Source: a virus. From it: 64,000 nt of DNA. The notes under the pieces were generated by a model. The model was not told where the DNA came from. It searched no databases and was given only the letters and a program-made list of their open reading frames with translations. A program made the translations under genes and the position numbers. Of the stretch, positions 1-9,868 are shown in pieces; the first letter of the stretch is position 1, and every line of letters starts with the position of its first letter. The stretch lies in IMG/VR virus record IMGVR_UViG_3300035703_000044, positions 29,765 to 93,764 of that record; one strand, 5' to 3'.

Positions 1-3
1 CTG

Positions 4-1908
4 ATGAAGCGTAAATATGCTGGACTTGCTAAAACTTTTTTCAATGGATATAAAGAACTAAATGATGATGATTTCTTTCAGATTTCTGATGAGGATACTT
101 CCACTTTCAATCTTGCTGATAGGGTAAATCTTTATTTTAAGATTGGTAATTTCATTACCTTAGATTTCAAACAAGAAGAGAAGGAAATCGTTGATATCAT
201 TGGTGCATGTGAAAGTTTTGCAGACACTCTGATTGCTGCAGAAGAACTCTATAAGTATTGTAAAAAAGAACAAGAACAACAACAGAAGGTTGCTGATTTT
301 GATTCTCACGAGACTCAAGGAAATTCTCAGTCTCCCGCAAGTGATTTTGTGGAGACTAATGACTCCTCTTCAGAACAAGAAGGTGAGAGTGATAAGTCAC
401 AGGAACAACCTGGTGAAACTGACTCTTATGGTGGAACTGCTCATGGTGACGAAATTCAAACCGAAGAAACTAAAGAAGAACCAGAAATTCGAACGGTAGA
501 TTCTCTAGATCAAAAAATTCGTGATCTTGTGAACACTGATGGGTATGAAAATACTTACATCGAAATTCCTAAAGTAAATCTAGATACTATCATTGGTAAG
601 AACTCTGAGGTTCATAAAGACATTGATGATTCTTTTGCACATCAACAAAAGATTCATAATGAACATGCCCAAGACAAAGGATATACTCCTGTAAATCTTT
701 ATAAAGAAGTTGATACCGAATTTAAGAAGTTTAAGTCCTCTGCTCAGAAGGAAGTCAATTATCTAGTCAAAGAGTTTGAGTGTCGAAAGGCAGCAGACCA
801 GTATGCTCGTGCATCAACTGCTCGCACTGGTGTTCTTGACACTACTCGTCTTCATACTTACAAATATAATGAAGACTTATTCAAGAAGGTTTCTGTGATT
901 CCTGATGGTAAGAATCATGGTCTTGTGTTTGTACTAGACTGGAGTGTGTCAATGGCAGATGTGATGATTGATACTTGTAAACAACTCTTCAACCTTGTTT
1001 GGTTCTGTAAGAAAGTATCCATTCCCTTTGAGGTTTACGCTTTCACGAATGAGTGGCGTCGTGGTGAATATGACTATGAGAATGACCGTTATCTCGCTGC
1101 GGATCGAACTCCTCACTATGAGAAGAAAGATGGTCTTCTTGTAATTGATGAGACCTTTTCTATGATGAACATTCTTACCAGTAAAGTTTCTGGTAGTGTT
1201 CTTGAACATCAAATGTTGAACATCTGGAGGCTCGCTTATTGTTTTGGTAGGTCTTATAGTTCTCATTACACTTATTCGAGTCGTATGTGTCTTTCTGGCA
1301 CACCCTTGAATGAAGCACTGATTACTCTTCATCAGATTCTTCCTAAGTTTCAGAAAGAGAACAAACTGCAAAAAGTTCAATGTATTGTTCTAACTGATGG
1401 TGAAGCAAACCAACTTGTACACCATAAAGAAGTTCAACGCCGATGGGAAAAAGGTCCAACTCTTGGTACTGGATATATTAATCCGATGAGTACATTTCTT
1501 CGTGATCGTAAACTGGGAACCACCTACAGAATTGGATATGGTTATCATGAGTTTACTGATGTTCTCCTTAAGAACTTGAAAGACAAGTTCTCTTCAACAA
1601 ACTTTATTGGTATTCGTGTTCTTGAAAGTAGAAATGCAAGTCGATTTATTCAAATGTACCATTCTCATAATGACAAAGAATATGAAAAAATTCAGAACGA
1701 TTGGAAAAAACTAAAAAGTTTTACCATCACAAACTCTGGATATGATGCATACTTTGGAATGTCTGCAACTGCACTGTCCCAAGACTCTGAGTTTGAAGTT
1801 GCTGAATGTGCAACTAAGTCTCAAATCAAATCTGCTTTTGTTAAGTCTCTGAAAACCAAAAAACTAAATAAGAAAGTTCTTGGTGAATTTATTTCTTTGG
1901 TTGCATGA
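4..1908 (+). CDS. CobT-like VWA-domain protein (probably 5'-partial)
   Basis: Acidic linker, then VWA-type FVLDWSVSM, LSGTPL and LTDGE motifs; directly upstream of a CobS-like ATPase. Confidence 0.7.
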   Translation: MKRKYAGLAKTFFNGYKELNDDDFFQISDEDTSTFNLADRVNLYFKIGNFITLDFKQEEKEIVDIIGACESFADTLIAAEELYKYCKKEQEQQQKVADFDSHETQGNSQSPASDFVETNDSSSEQEGESDKSQEQPGETDSYGGTAHGDEIQTEETKEEPEIRTVDSLDQKIRDLVNTDGYENTYIEIPKVNLDTIIGKNSEVHKDIDDSFAHQQKIHNEHAQDKGYTPVNLYKEVDTEFKKFKSSAQKEVNYLVKEFECRKAADQYARASTARTGVLDTTRLHTYKYNEDLFKKVSVIPDGKNHGLVFVLDWSVSMADVMIDTCKQLFNLVWFCKKVSIPFEVYAFTNEWRRGEYDYENDRYLAADRTPHYEKKDGLLVIDETFSMMNILTSKVSGSVLEHQMLNIWRLAYCFGRSYSSHYTYSSRMCLSGTPLNEALITLHQILPKFQKENKLQKVQCIVLTDGEANQLVHHKEVQRRWEKGPTLGTGYINPMSTFLRDRKLGTTYRIGYGYHEFTDVLLKNLKDKFSSTNFIGIRVLESRNASRFIQMYHSHNDKEYEKIQNDWKKLKSFTITNSGYDAYFGMSATALSQDSEFEVAECATKSQIKSAFVKSLKTKKLNKKVLGEFISLVA

Positions 1909-1929
1909 TGGACAGTTTGCAAACTGTCC
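1909..1929. repeat. Inverted repeat GGACAGTTT-GC-AAACTGTCC
   Basis: Perfect 9-bp inverted repeat in the intergenic region, upstream of a TATAAT. Confidence 0.6.
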
Positions 1930-1991
1930 ATTGGGGTCTCAAGAGTACCCTTTTTTCGTCTATAATGACTAGGTTGAAACGAAACAAACGA

Positions 1992-3095
1992 ATGGCACTC
2001 TCCTCTGACTACATCCGCACGTCTCTTCAGAACCTCTACGGCAACAACGTTAGTGGTGCTGATATTCGTGCTTGGTGTAACATGAATGATGCTAACTATC
2101 AAACTGTAACTAAGAAACTTGACCAATTCAAAGTTGGTCGTGGTAAATGGAATCTTGAAGTGACTCAACAAAAGGTGGAAGAAATCGAACGTACTTTTCA
2201 ATCGCCTGCTGTGGTTCCTCCTATCGAACAAAATCTTATTCCTGATAAAGATGATACCTTCGTCAAGTTTGGTAACTTTGGTGATATTAAAAAAATTATC
2301 CAGTCCCGTCTTTTTTATCCAACGTTCATTACGGGTTTGTCGGGTAACGGTAAAACGTTCTCGGTGGAACAAGCGTGTGCCCAACTCAAACGTGAACTAA
2401 TCCGTGTAAACATTACGATTGAAACTGATGAAGATGACCTTATTGGTGGTTTCCGTCTTGTTGATGGTGCCACTGTTTGGCACAACGGTCCTGTTATTGA
2501 AGCACTCCAACGTGGAGCGATCCTGCTCCTTGACGAGATTGACCTTGCCTCCAACAAAATCCTTTGCCTACAGTCCGTGTTAGAGGGTAAAGGTGTATTC
2601 CTAAAAAAAATTGGTCGGTTTGTAAAACCTTCTGATGGGTTTAACGTCATCGCAACTGCTAATACCAAAGGTAAGGGTTCTGATGATGGCCGCTTTATTG
2701 GTACCAACGTGCTAAACGAGGCATTCCTTGAGCGTTTCCCAGTGACTTTTGAACAGTCCTATCCTGCTCCTGTCACTGAACAAAAGATTCTAGAAGGTGT
2801 TGCCTTGGATCTACAGGTAGAAGACCGAGACTTCTGCAAGCGTCTTGTAGACTGGGCAGATATCATTCGTAAGACTTTCTACGATGGTGGTATTGAGGAG
2901 ATCATCAGCACACGTCGTCTTGTACATATCATTCGTGCCTACAGCATCTTTGGTAACAAAGCAAAGGCAATTGATGTTTGCACTGCACGATTTGATGATG
3001 AAACTAAGCAAGCATTCATTGAACTTTATGATAAGGTGGACGCTGATTTCCAAATGCCTTCTGAAGAATCCATTGACACATACCAGTCTGTTTGA
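1992..3095 (+). CDS. cobS: CobS-like MoxR-family AAA+ ATPase
   Basis: Walker A GLSGNGKT, Walker B LLLDE, ATAN and NEAFLERF motifs; typical cyanophage CobS. Confidence 0.85.
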   Translation: MALSSDYIRTSLQNLYGNNVSGADIRAWCNMNDANYQTVTKKLDQFKVGRGKWNLEVTQQKVEEIERTFQSPAVVPPIEQNLIPDKDDTFVKFGNFGDIKKIIQSRLFYPTFITGLSGNGKTFSVEQACAQLKRELIRVNITIETDEDDLIGGFRLVDGATVWHNGPVIEALQRGAILLLDEIDLASNKILCLQSVLEGKGVFLKKIGRFVKPSDGFNVIATANTKGKGSDDGRFIGTNVLNEAFLERFPVTFEQSYPAPVTEQKILEGVALDLQVEDRDFCKRLVDWADIIRKTFYDGGIEEIISTRRLVHIIRAYSIFGNKAKAIDVCTARFDDETKQAFIELYDKVDADFQMPSEESIDTYQSV

Positions 3096-3132
3096 TAGAA
3101 TATGGGGAGGTAAAAATATCTCCCCTTTTATT

Positions 3133-3627
3133 ATGAAGAAAAATTATGATGGAGTTTATAATTTCAATTCCAGTATAAACTCCGAAAATTTTGAAACCCT
3201 TTACTCTTCAAATAATACTGATGTAATTCATTTTTCTGAAATTACTCTTCCAGCAATGAACTTTGAAATTTCTGACTCCACTCCTTCAACATTTAATTTG
3301 AATATGAATACTACTAATCATCTTTGGAAATACGATGAAGATAAAATCCTGAAAGATATTCAGGAATATGTTACCGGCACATATAAGAGTCATTATTGTG
3401 GTCAGGAAGCAAACTACAAAGACATTCAAACTATTGATCTGATGGCAGCAAAAGAACTTGCTGCAAACTTCTGCCAAGCAAACATTCTCAAGTATGGTAG
3501 TCGTTATGGATCAAAGGATGGTCGTAATAAGATTGACCTTATGAAAGTTATCCATTATTCTATGCTTCTTCTGCATTTTGATGGACATTATTCTCGAAAA
3601 GATAATGGTCTGACTGAATTCCGTTGA
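3133..3627 (+). CDS. Conserved cyanophage protein, DUF3310-like C-terminus
   Basis: HY...IQTID...FCQANILKY.SRYG.K pattern; sigma70-like promoter at 3073; start uncertain. Confidence 0.55.
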   Translation: MKKNYDGVYNFNSSINSENFETLYSSNNTDVIHFSEITLPAMNFEISDSTPSTFNLNMNTTNHLWKYDEDKILKDIQEYVTGTYKSHYCGQEANYKDIQTIDLMAAKELAANFCQANILKYGSRYGSKDGRNKIDLMKVIHYSMLLLHFDGHYSRKDNGLTEFR

Positions 3628-3629
3628 TT

Positions 3630-4316
3630 ATGAAACTCCAAGACAAAACTATGAAACTCTCTGACAAAACTCTGACTCTTCTCAAGAACTTTTCTTCCAT
3701 CAATCAATCCATTCTTTTCAAGGAGGGAAATTGTCTTCGTACAATTTCTGTGATGAAGAACATTCTTGCCGAAGCTACAATTGAAGAAGAACTCCCTAAA
3801 GATTTTGGTATCTATGATCTGAATCAGTTTCTGAATGGACTCAATCTTCATCAGAACGCAGAACTTGATTTCCAGAATGATGGATATGTAGTAATCAAAG
3901 AAGGTAAGTCTCGCTCAAAGTATTTCTTTGCAGATCCTAATGTAATTGTTACTCCTCCAGAAAAGGATATTGTTCTGCCTAGTGAAGATGTTTGTTTCCT
4001 TCTTGATACCAAAGAACTTGATAAACTCCTTAAGGCTGCTGCTGTTTATCAACTGCCTGACTTGTCTGTGGTTGGTGAAGCTGGTGTGGTGAAACTGGTG
4101 GTTCGTGATAAGAAGAACGATACGTCTAATGATTTTTCCGTGATTGTTGGTGAAACTGATGAAGTGTTTACCTTCAACTTTAAGGTTGAAAACATCAAGA
4201 TTCTTCCTGGTTCCTACGAGGTAGTCATCTCTCGTAAACTTCTGTCACGATTCAAGAATACTGGGTTCAATGTGACTTATCATATTGCTATGGAGCCTGA
4301 TTCTACATTTGGTTGA
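3630..4316 (+). CDS. gp45: Sliding clamp
   Basis: MKLS..TL.LLKNFSSINQSI, FGIYDLNQFL; T4 synteny. Confidence 0.92.
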   Translation: MKLQDKTMKLSDKTLTLLKNFSSINQSILFKEGNCLRTISVMKNILAEATIEEELPKDFGIYDLNQFLNGLNLHQNAELDFQNDGYVVIKEGKSRSKYFFADPNVIVTPPEKDIVLPSEDVCFLLDTKELDKLLKAAAVYQLPDLSVVGEAGVVKLVVRDKKNDTSNDFSVIVGETDEVFTFNFKVENIKILPGSYEVVISRKLLSRFKNTGFNVTYHIAMEPDSTFG

Positions 4317-4828
4317 TGAACATCTTTGTCACTTCCCCCTGGCCTGCTGAGAGTGCCATCTGTCTTCCAGACAAACACATCGTTAAGATGCCCCTAGAAT
4401 GCTGCCAGATGCTCTCTATCGTGGCATCAGAGAAGTGGGGACATGGGTATGGCACTCTCCCTAAGACCGATGGAACCCCCTACAAGACCGATAAAGGAGC
4501 ATTCCGCAATCATCCCTGCACTAAGTGGGCATTGGAGAGCATCCATAATGCCTACTGGTTAATCAAATGGGGATTGAACTTGTCCGATGAATACTGCCTG
4601 AGGTATAATAAAACTCACTCCTGTTACAAAACTCTTGTGGATGCATACTATTTGTTTCCCAAAGGTAAGATTACAGAGGTGACTCCATTTGCTCGTGCTA
4701 TGCCTGAGGAATGGAAGTTTGACGACACTATTGATACATTTGAAGCATACAAAAGATACATCGCATCCAAACCTTGGGTGAAGGACAACTACCTCCGTAT
4801 GCCTGAAAGGCGACCATCTTGGGTGTAA
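4316..4828 (+). CDS. Pyrimidine-dimer glycosylase (DenV)-like protein
   Basis: MNIF...DKHIVKMPLECCQMLS...NHPCTKW motifs. Confidence 0.6.
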   Translation: MNIFVTSPWPAESAICLPDKHIVKMPLECCQMLSIVASEKWGHGYGTLPKTDGTPYKTDKGAFRNHPCTKWALESIHNAYWLIKWGLNLSDEYCLRYNKTHSCYKTLVDAYYLFPKGKITEVTPFARAMPEEWKFDDTIDTFEAYKRYIASKPWVKDNYLRMPERRPSWV

Positions 4829-4887
4829 TAAATAATAATGCCTGGTTTGTTCGCACTTTTCAGGTGGGAGAGTATTTTACTCTCCCT

Positions 4888-4895
4888 TATAAATA
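4888..4895 (+). promoter_or_regulatory. T4-type late promoter TATAAATA
   Basis: Exact consensus upstream of an endonuclease gene. Confidence 0.7.
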
Positions 4896-4922
4896 GTAAT
4901 GCGAACAAACAACAGAGCAGAA

Positions 4923-5492
4923 ATGTATTACACTTACGCCTATTTGCGTGAAGATGGAACTCCTTATTATGTTGGTAAAGGTAAAGGAGACCGTGCATAT
5001 AGAAAAGTAGGAAAACCTTGTGCTACTCCAAAGGATAAAAGTAAAATAATATATCTCAAAACAAATCTTACAGAAGAACAATCATTCAACCACGAAAGAT
5101 ATATGATTTTTATTCTTGGTAGGAAAGATTTGGGAACTGGTATTTTATTAAACAAATCTGATGGTGGAGAAGGTGCAAGTGGGTGTATTCCAAGTGAAGA
5201 AACCAGAAGAAAAAGAAGTGTAAAAATGAAGGGGGAAAATAATCCTTTGTATGGTAAAAGAGGTAAAGATAGTCCTCGTTATGGTAAAAAACATACACAA
5301 GAAACAAAGGATAAAATAAGAAAATCTTTACAAGGTAATGTCATTTCGGAAGAAACTAGAATAAAGATTAGTGAAAAAAATAAACTAAATCGTCTTGGAG
5401 AAAAAAATCCTTTTTATGGAAGAAAACATAGTGAGGAGACAAAACAAAAAATGAAGGAGGCGGCAAAAAGAAGAAAAGAAAAAGGTGATTGA
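4923..5492 (+). CDS. Free-standing GIY-YIG-type homing endonuclease with NUMOD3 repeats
   Basis: YYTYAY...YYVGKG...R catalytic module; repeated KH(T/S)xET(K/R)xK motifs. Confidence 0.8.
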   Translation: MYYTYAYLREDGTPYYVGKGKGDRAYRKVGKPCATPKDKSKIIYLKTNLTEEQSFNHERYMIFILGRKDLGTGILLNKSDGGEGASGCIPSEETRRKRSVKMKGENNPLYGKRGKDSPRYGKKHTQETKDKIRKSLQGNVISEETRIKISEKNKLNRLGEKNPFYGRKHSEETKQKMKEAAKRRKEKGD

Positions 5493-5537
5493 TTTCTACT
5501 GATTTGTATGATAAACTAAACCTGATTGGATTTGATT

Positions 5538-5981
5538 ATGACTAACATAGAAACCTATGCGATTGATGAACTCACCAGAATTGGAATGTATAGTTCTGGT
5601 GATGAGATGAATGATGCGATGTGCGAACACATTCTTAAAATTGTGAATGTCTTTGCCGAAGAAGGACACTCTGGATTTTCGGCAAATTATGCTATCAATA
5701 TTCTTCAAAAACTTCTACGATTTGAACCACTTTCTCCTTTGACTGGTGAGGATGATGAGTGGAAATTGTGTGAATATAGTGATAGAGAAACCTACCAAAA
5801 CAAAAGATTTAGTAGAGTATTCAAGGAAGGTAAAGACGGACAAGCATATGATATGCAAGGTAAAGTATTTGTAGAACCTAATGGTGCTTCTTATACTAGT
5901 CGTGATAGTTGTGTGTATATTGAGTTTCCTTATACACCTAAAACTGAATATGTGAATGTTGAAAATCAACCTCTGGATTGA
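5538..5981 (+). CDS. Hypothetical phage protein
   Basis: Clean ORF with GHSGFSA and PLSPLTGEDDEW segments; function unknown. Confidence 0.6.
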   Translation: MTNIETYAIDELTRIGMYSSGDEMNDAMCEHILKIVNVFAEEGHSGFSANYAINILQKLLRFEPLSPLTGEDDEWKLCEYSDRETYQNKRFSRVFKEGKDGQAYDMQGKVFVEPNGASYTSRDSCVYIEFPYTPKTEYVNVENQPLD

Positions 5982-5989
5982 ACTAAATT

Positions 5990-6934
5990 ATGGCAAGTGA
6001 ATTTCTTCTCACGGAAAAGTATCGTCCCCAAGTAATTGAGGATTGTATTCTTCCAGATGAAACTAAAAAAACATTTAAGGAGTTTGTAGAGAAGGGTGAG
6101 ATTCCGAATCTCCTTCTTGCAGGACCTCCTGGTATTGGTAAGACAACCATTGCCAAAGCATTATGTAACGAACTGGGTGCAGATTATTATGTCATCAACG
6201 GATCCGACGAAGGACGTTTCCTGGATACTGTACGGAACCAAGCAAAGAACTTTGCTTCGACCGTCTCACTTACGGGATCTTCTAAACACAAGGTCATCAT
6301 CATCGATGAGGCAGATAACACGGGGAACGACGTACAACTCCTTCTACGGGCAAATATTGAGACGTTTTATAACAACTGTCGATTCATCTTCACCTGCAAC
6401 TACAAGAACAAAATCATTGAACCTCTACATTCCCGATGTGCTGTCATTGACTTCACAATCAAAGGAAAACAACGGGTTCAACTTGCAGGAAGTTTCTTTC
6501 AACGACTTCAATCAATCCTGGATCAGGAGAAAATTGAGTATGATCAAAAGGTCGTTGCAGAACTCGTATCCAAGCACTTTCCCGATTTTCGACGTGTTCT
6601 GAATGAGATTCAACGATACTCTACTGGTGGTAAAATTGACTCGGGTATTCTTGCTTCATTCTCTGATGTTTCGATAAATGATCTCGTTAAAAGTCTCAAA
6701 GAAAAGAACTTTGCGGAAGTTCGTAAGTGGGTCGTCAATAATCTTGATAATGACTCTAGTGTATTACTCCGTCGTCTTTACGATGTTTTACTTACATCCC
6801 TTGAAAACCCTAGCATTCCTGCTGCTGTGCTCATTATTGCTAAGTATCAGTATCAAATCGCCTTCGTTGCCGATCAAGAAATTAATCTTTTGGCGGCGTT
6901 AACTGAAATTATGTGTGAGTGTGAATTCAAATGA
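5990..6934 (+). CDS. gp44: Clamp loader large subunit
   Basis: EKYRP, GPPGIGKT, IIDEAD, SRC motifs. Confidence 0.95.
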   Translation: MASEFLLTEKYRPQVIEDCILPDETKKTFKEFVEKGEIPNLLLAGPPGIGKTTIAKALCNELGADYYVINGSDEGRFLDTVRNQAKNFASTVSLTGSSKHKVIIIDEADNTGNDVQLLLRANIETFYNNCRFIFTCNYKNKIIEPLHSRCAVIDFTIKGKQRVQLAGSFFQRLQSILDQEKIEYDQKVVAELVSKHFPDFRRVLNEIQRYSTGGKIDSGILASFSDVSINDLVKSLKEKNFAEVRKWVVNNLDNDSSVLLRRLYDVLLTSLENPSIPAAVLIIAKYQYQIAFVADQEINLLAALTEIMCECEFK

Positions 6935-8052
6935 TATTGAGTGAAGAAGATGCAATTTATGCAGCGAATAAATTCATCGATTACTTCTCTAATATGGGGA
7001 GAATTGATGAGTATTTACGTAATATTAAACTGGATAGAATGAATCAAATGCCTTCATCCATCTTAGGCATTGGTCCTGAAGATGATATGTTTGATGCATT
7101 TGATATGCACCCTCAAGATATGAACTTTAAGGTTTATACTGCTGGGGAGAAAGGTGGATTTACCAATGAATACTTCAATGAGAGACTTCAGGTTACCACT
7201 TCCCACGCAATTGAGGATAGTATTCCTGGTAAATCTTTAAAGTGGATTGTAATGGAAACCAATACACAAAAGATTGTTGGTTTCTGTCGGTTTGGTTCTC
7301 CTACAATTAATTCAAAACCACGCAATGATTGGCTTGGTCAAACACCAGAACTTTCCCGATTCAATCGTCATGCAATCATGGGATTCATTATTGTTCCCAC
7401 TCAACCTTTTGGATTTAATTATCTTGGAGGTAAACTCCTTGCACTTCTCTGTTGTTCTCACACCGCTCGTGAAACCTTAAATAAGAAGTATGGTGCAGAT
7501 ATTTGTTCTTTTGAGACAACCTCTCTTTATGGATCTACCAAGGCCTCATCTCAGTATGATGGTTTAAAACCGTATATGAGGTATAAGGGACTGACACAGA
7601 GTGACTTTACTCCTCTGCTCCATGACGAAATCTTTCAAGAGTTAAACAAATGGTTTATTCAGAGGAACAACAACCAATCTCTAGTGAAGGAGGATGCATC
7701 CAGTCGCAAACTCAAAACACAACAGAAGATGATTGCAATCATCAAGAAAAGCTTACCTTCTCAAAAGGTTGCGGAGTTCCAGACTGCGATTGTAAATGCA
7801 AAAAATCTAACTGAACAAAAAAGATTTTATATCTCAGACTATGGGTTTGAGAATGCTCGTGAAGTAATTCTTGGACAGGAAGATGTTTTACGTCCTGGTC
7901 AAAATTATGAGAAGTTTCATTTTGATAATCTTGTCAACTGGTGGAAGAAAAAGGCTTCTAATCGATATGAAAGTCTTAAGACTGATGGAAGACTCCGTAC
8001 TGAACTTGAGACTTGGAATAAAAATCCTGATGCAATTGATATTATCCGATGA
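6931..8052 (+). CDS. DUF4338 (DruA)-like protein
   Basis: GSPTIN..PR...LG, VPTQPFG.NYLGGKLLALL and TTSLYG..SQY motifs. Confidence 0.55.
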   Translation: MILSEEDAIYAANKFIDYFSNMGRIDEYLRNIKLDRMNQMPSSILGIGPEDDMFDAFDMHPQDMNFKVYTAGEKGGFTNEYFNERLQVTTSHAIEDSIPGKSLKWIVMETNTQKIVGFCRFGSPTINSKPRNDWLGQTPELSRFNRHAIMGFIIVPTQPFGFNYLGGKLLALLCCSHTARETLNKKYGADICSFETTSLYGSTKASSQYDGLKPYMRYKGLTQSDFTPLLHDEIFQELNKWFIQRNNNQSLVKEDASSRKLKTQQKMIAIIKKSLPSQKVAEFQTAIVNAKNLTEQKRFYISDYGFENAREVILGQEDVLRPGQNYEKFHFDNLVNWWKKKASNRYESLKTDGRLRTELETWNKNPDAIDIIR

Positions 8053-8423
8053 GTTACGAATTAAAAGATTGGTTGAATTCCGTTAACTTTACAAAAGAAG
8101 ACTTGTCTGAGGATATTAGTTCATATCCACCATTTATCATCAATCGTTGTCTTTCTGGACATATTGACTGTATTCTTTTTGCAAATGAAATGAATATGTA
8201 TTCCTTTCTTGATAAAGATATGCAGTATTATTTCTATCTAAATAGTCTTAGGAAACGGAAGAGATTTTCTCCCTGGCTCCGAAAGGATAAAGTCAAAGAT
8301 TTAGAATGCGTTAAACAATACTATGGTTATAGTAATGAGAAGGCATCTCAAGCTTTGAAGATTCTAAATAAAGAACAACTAGATTTTATTAAACAACGAC
8401 TTGAAACTGGCGGAACAAAATGA
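8049..8423 (+). CDS. gp62: Clamp loader small subunit
   Basis: YPPFIINR.LS, RKRKRFSPW, YYGYS.EKA; synteny. Confidence 0.9.
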   Translation: MSYELKDWLNSVNFTKEDLSEDISSYPPFIINRCLSGHIDCILFANEMNMYSFLDKDMQYYFYLNSLRKRKRFSPWLRKDKVKDLECVKQYYGYSNEKASQALKILNKEQLDFIKQRLETGGTK

Positions 8424-8860
8424 CTACTCAAACAATTGAACCACAAGTAAACTGGTCTCCCGATATGATGGTGGAGGTCGTTTTGAATGAACCTGATGAT
8501 TTTCTGAAAGTTCGTGAAACTTTGACTCGTATCGGAGTTGCATCCCGTAAGGAGAAAAAACTCTATCAATCCTGTCATATTCTCCATAAACAAGGTAGAT
8601 ATTACGTTGTTCACTTCAAAGAGTTGTTTGCTCTTGATGGTAAACATGCAAATCTTACGGTGAATGATGTTCAACGCAGAAACCGTATTACTCGTCTTCT
8701 TTCTGATTGGGGACTGATTACTGTAGTGAAAGAAGACTCTATCTCTGATATTGCACCTCTGAATCAAATCAAGGTTCTTGCATACAAAGATAAGAACGAT
8801 TGGATCCTTGAACAAAAATATAATATTGGTAAGAAGGGAAAGAGTCAGGAAACCGAATAA
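8420..8860 (+). CDS. regA: Translational repressor RegA
   Basis: DDFLKVRETLTRIG, LYQSCHILHKQG.YY.VHFKE. Confidence 0.95.
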   Translation: MTTQTIEPQVNWSPDMMVEVVLNEPDDFLKVRETLTRIGVASRKEKKLYQSCHILHKQGRYYVVHFKELFALDGKHANLTVNDVQRRNRITRLLSDWGLITVVKEDSISDIAPLNQIKVLAYKDKNDWILEQKYNIGKKGKSQETE

Positions 8861-8867
8861 TTTTGTA

Positions 8868-8892
8868 GGGAGTTCAACACTCCCTTTTTTTA
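8868..8892 (+). terminator. Intrinsic terminator
   Basis: GGGAG/CTCCC stem plus T-tract. Confidence 0.6.
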
Positions 8893-8967
8893 TGAATGTT
8901 GTATAATTAGTATTGGATGCCGTAAGGATCCACAAAACACAAACTCGCTTTTAAAGGAGCTACAATA

Positions 8968-9402
8968 ATGACTAACCTTGCACGTTATACTGCATCGGAT
9001 CTTCCTACTCTTCTAGATAAGATCACTCGTAACAGTATTGGAATGGATGAGTATCTTGATCGTATTTTCAATGTTCATGAAAGTACATCAAACTATCCAC
9101 CATACAATCTTGTTCAGATAAGTAATGTAGAATCTCATCTAGAGATTGCTCTTGCTGGATTCAAAAAGGAGGAAGTTCATGCGTACACAGAGTATGGAAA
9201 ACTTTATGTCGAAGGACAAAAATCCGATATTGAATCGGACAGGACGTTTATCCACAAGGGTCTGGCTCAAAGAAGTTTTAAACGAGCGTGGACTTTATCC
9301 GACGACACAGAAGTTTCCAACGTCACATTTGAAGATGGACTCCTCAGAATTGAACTGAAAAAAGTAGTTCCTGAACATCATGCACGTAAAGACTATATCT
9401 AA
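8968..9402 (+). CDS. hsp20: Small heat shock protein
   Basis: NYPPYN, ALAGF, F.DGLL.I alpha-crystallin motifs. Confidence 0.92.
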   Translation: MTNLARYTASDLPTLLDKITRNSIGMDEYLDRIFNVHESTSNYPPYNLVQISNVESHLEIALAGFKKEEVHAYTEYGKLYVEGQKSDIESDRTFIHKGLAQRSFKRAWTLSDDTEVSNVTFEDGLLRIELKKVVPEHHARKDYI

Positions 9403-9499
9403 ATAGAACTGAATATCGTCGGCGCAGGGGAACGACTGGCAAAATCCAGTTGACTTCCCCCTTTTTTATTGGTATACTGATTGAAGGCATTGGAGTATT

Positions 9500-9868
9500 A
9501 TGACTGTAAAACTTGCACTTTTAAAGTCTGGTGAGGATGTAATATCTGACATACAGGAGATGGTTGTAGTTGATGATGATGGTAACGAAAAAATAATCGG
9601 GTACTTTTTTACAAAACCATGTGTAGTAAAACTTCTCAATCCAGACAACCTTTCGGATCAAAATGGAAATAAAGCTTTTGAGATAAGTATGTTTCCTTGG
9701 TTCCCTCTTTCAAAAGACACAAAGATTCCAGTTACCGCTGATTGGGTAGTTACTTTGGTAGAACCAATTGAAAAACTAAAAACAATGTATACAGAAGGAG
9801 TTTTAGACTATGGAAAACGTAAAGATTCTAGTTCTAATGAACAATCAAATTCTGATATCTCAGATTGA
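9500..9868 (+). CDS. Conserved cyanophage hypothetical protein
   Basis: LLKSGEDVI...PW.PLSKD; sits between hsp20 and gp43. Confidence 0.65.
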   Translation: MTVKLALLKSGEDVISDIQEMVVVDDDGNEKIIGYFFTKPCVVKLLNPDNLSDQNGNKAFEISMFPWFPLSKDTKIPVTADWVVTLVEPIEKLKTMYTEGVLDYGKRKDSSSNEQSNSDISD

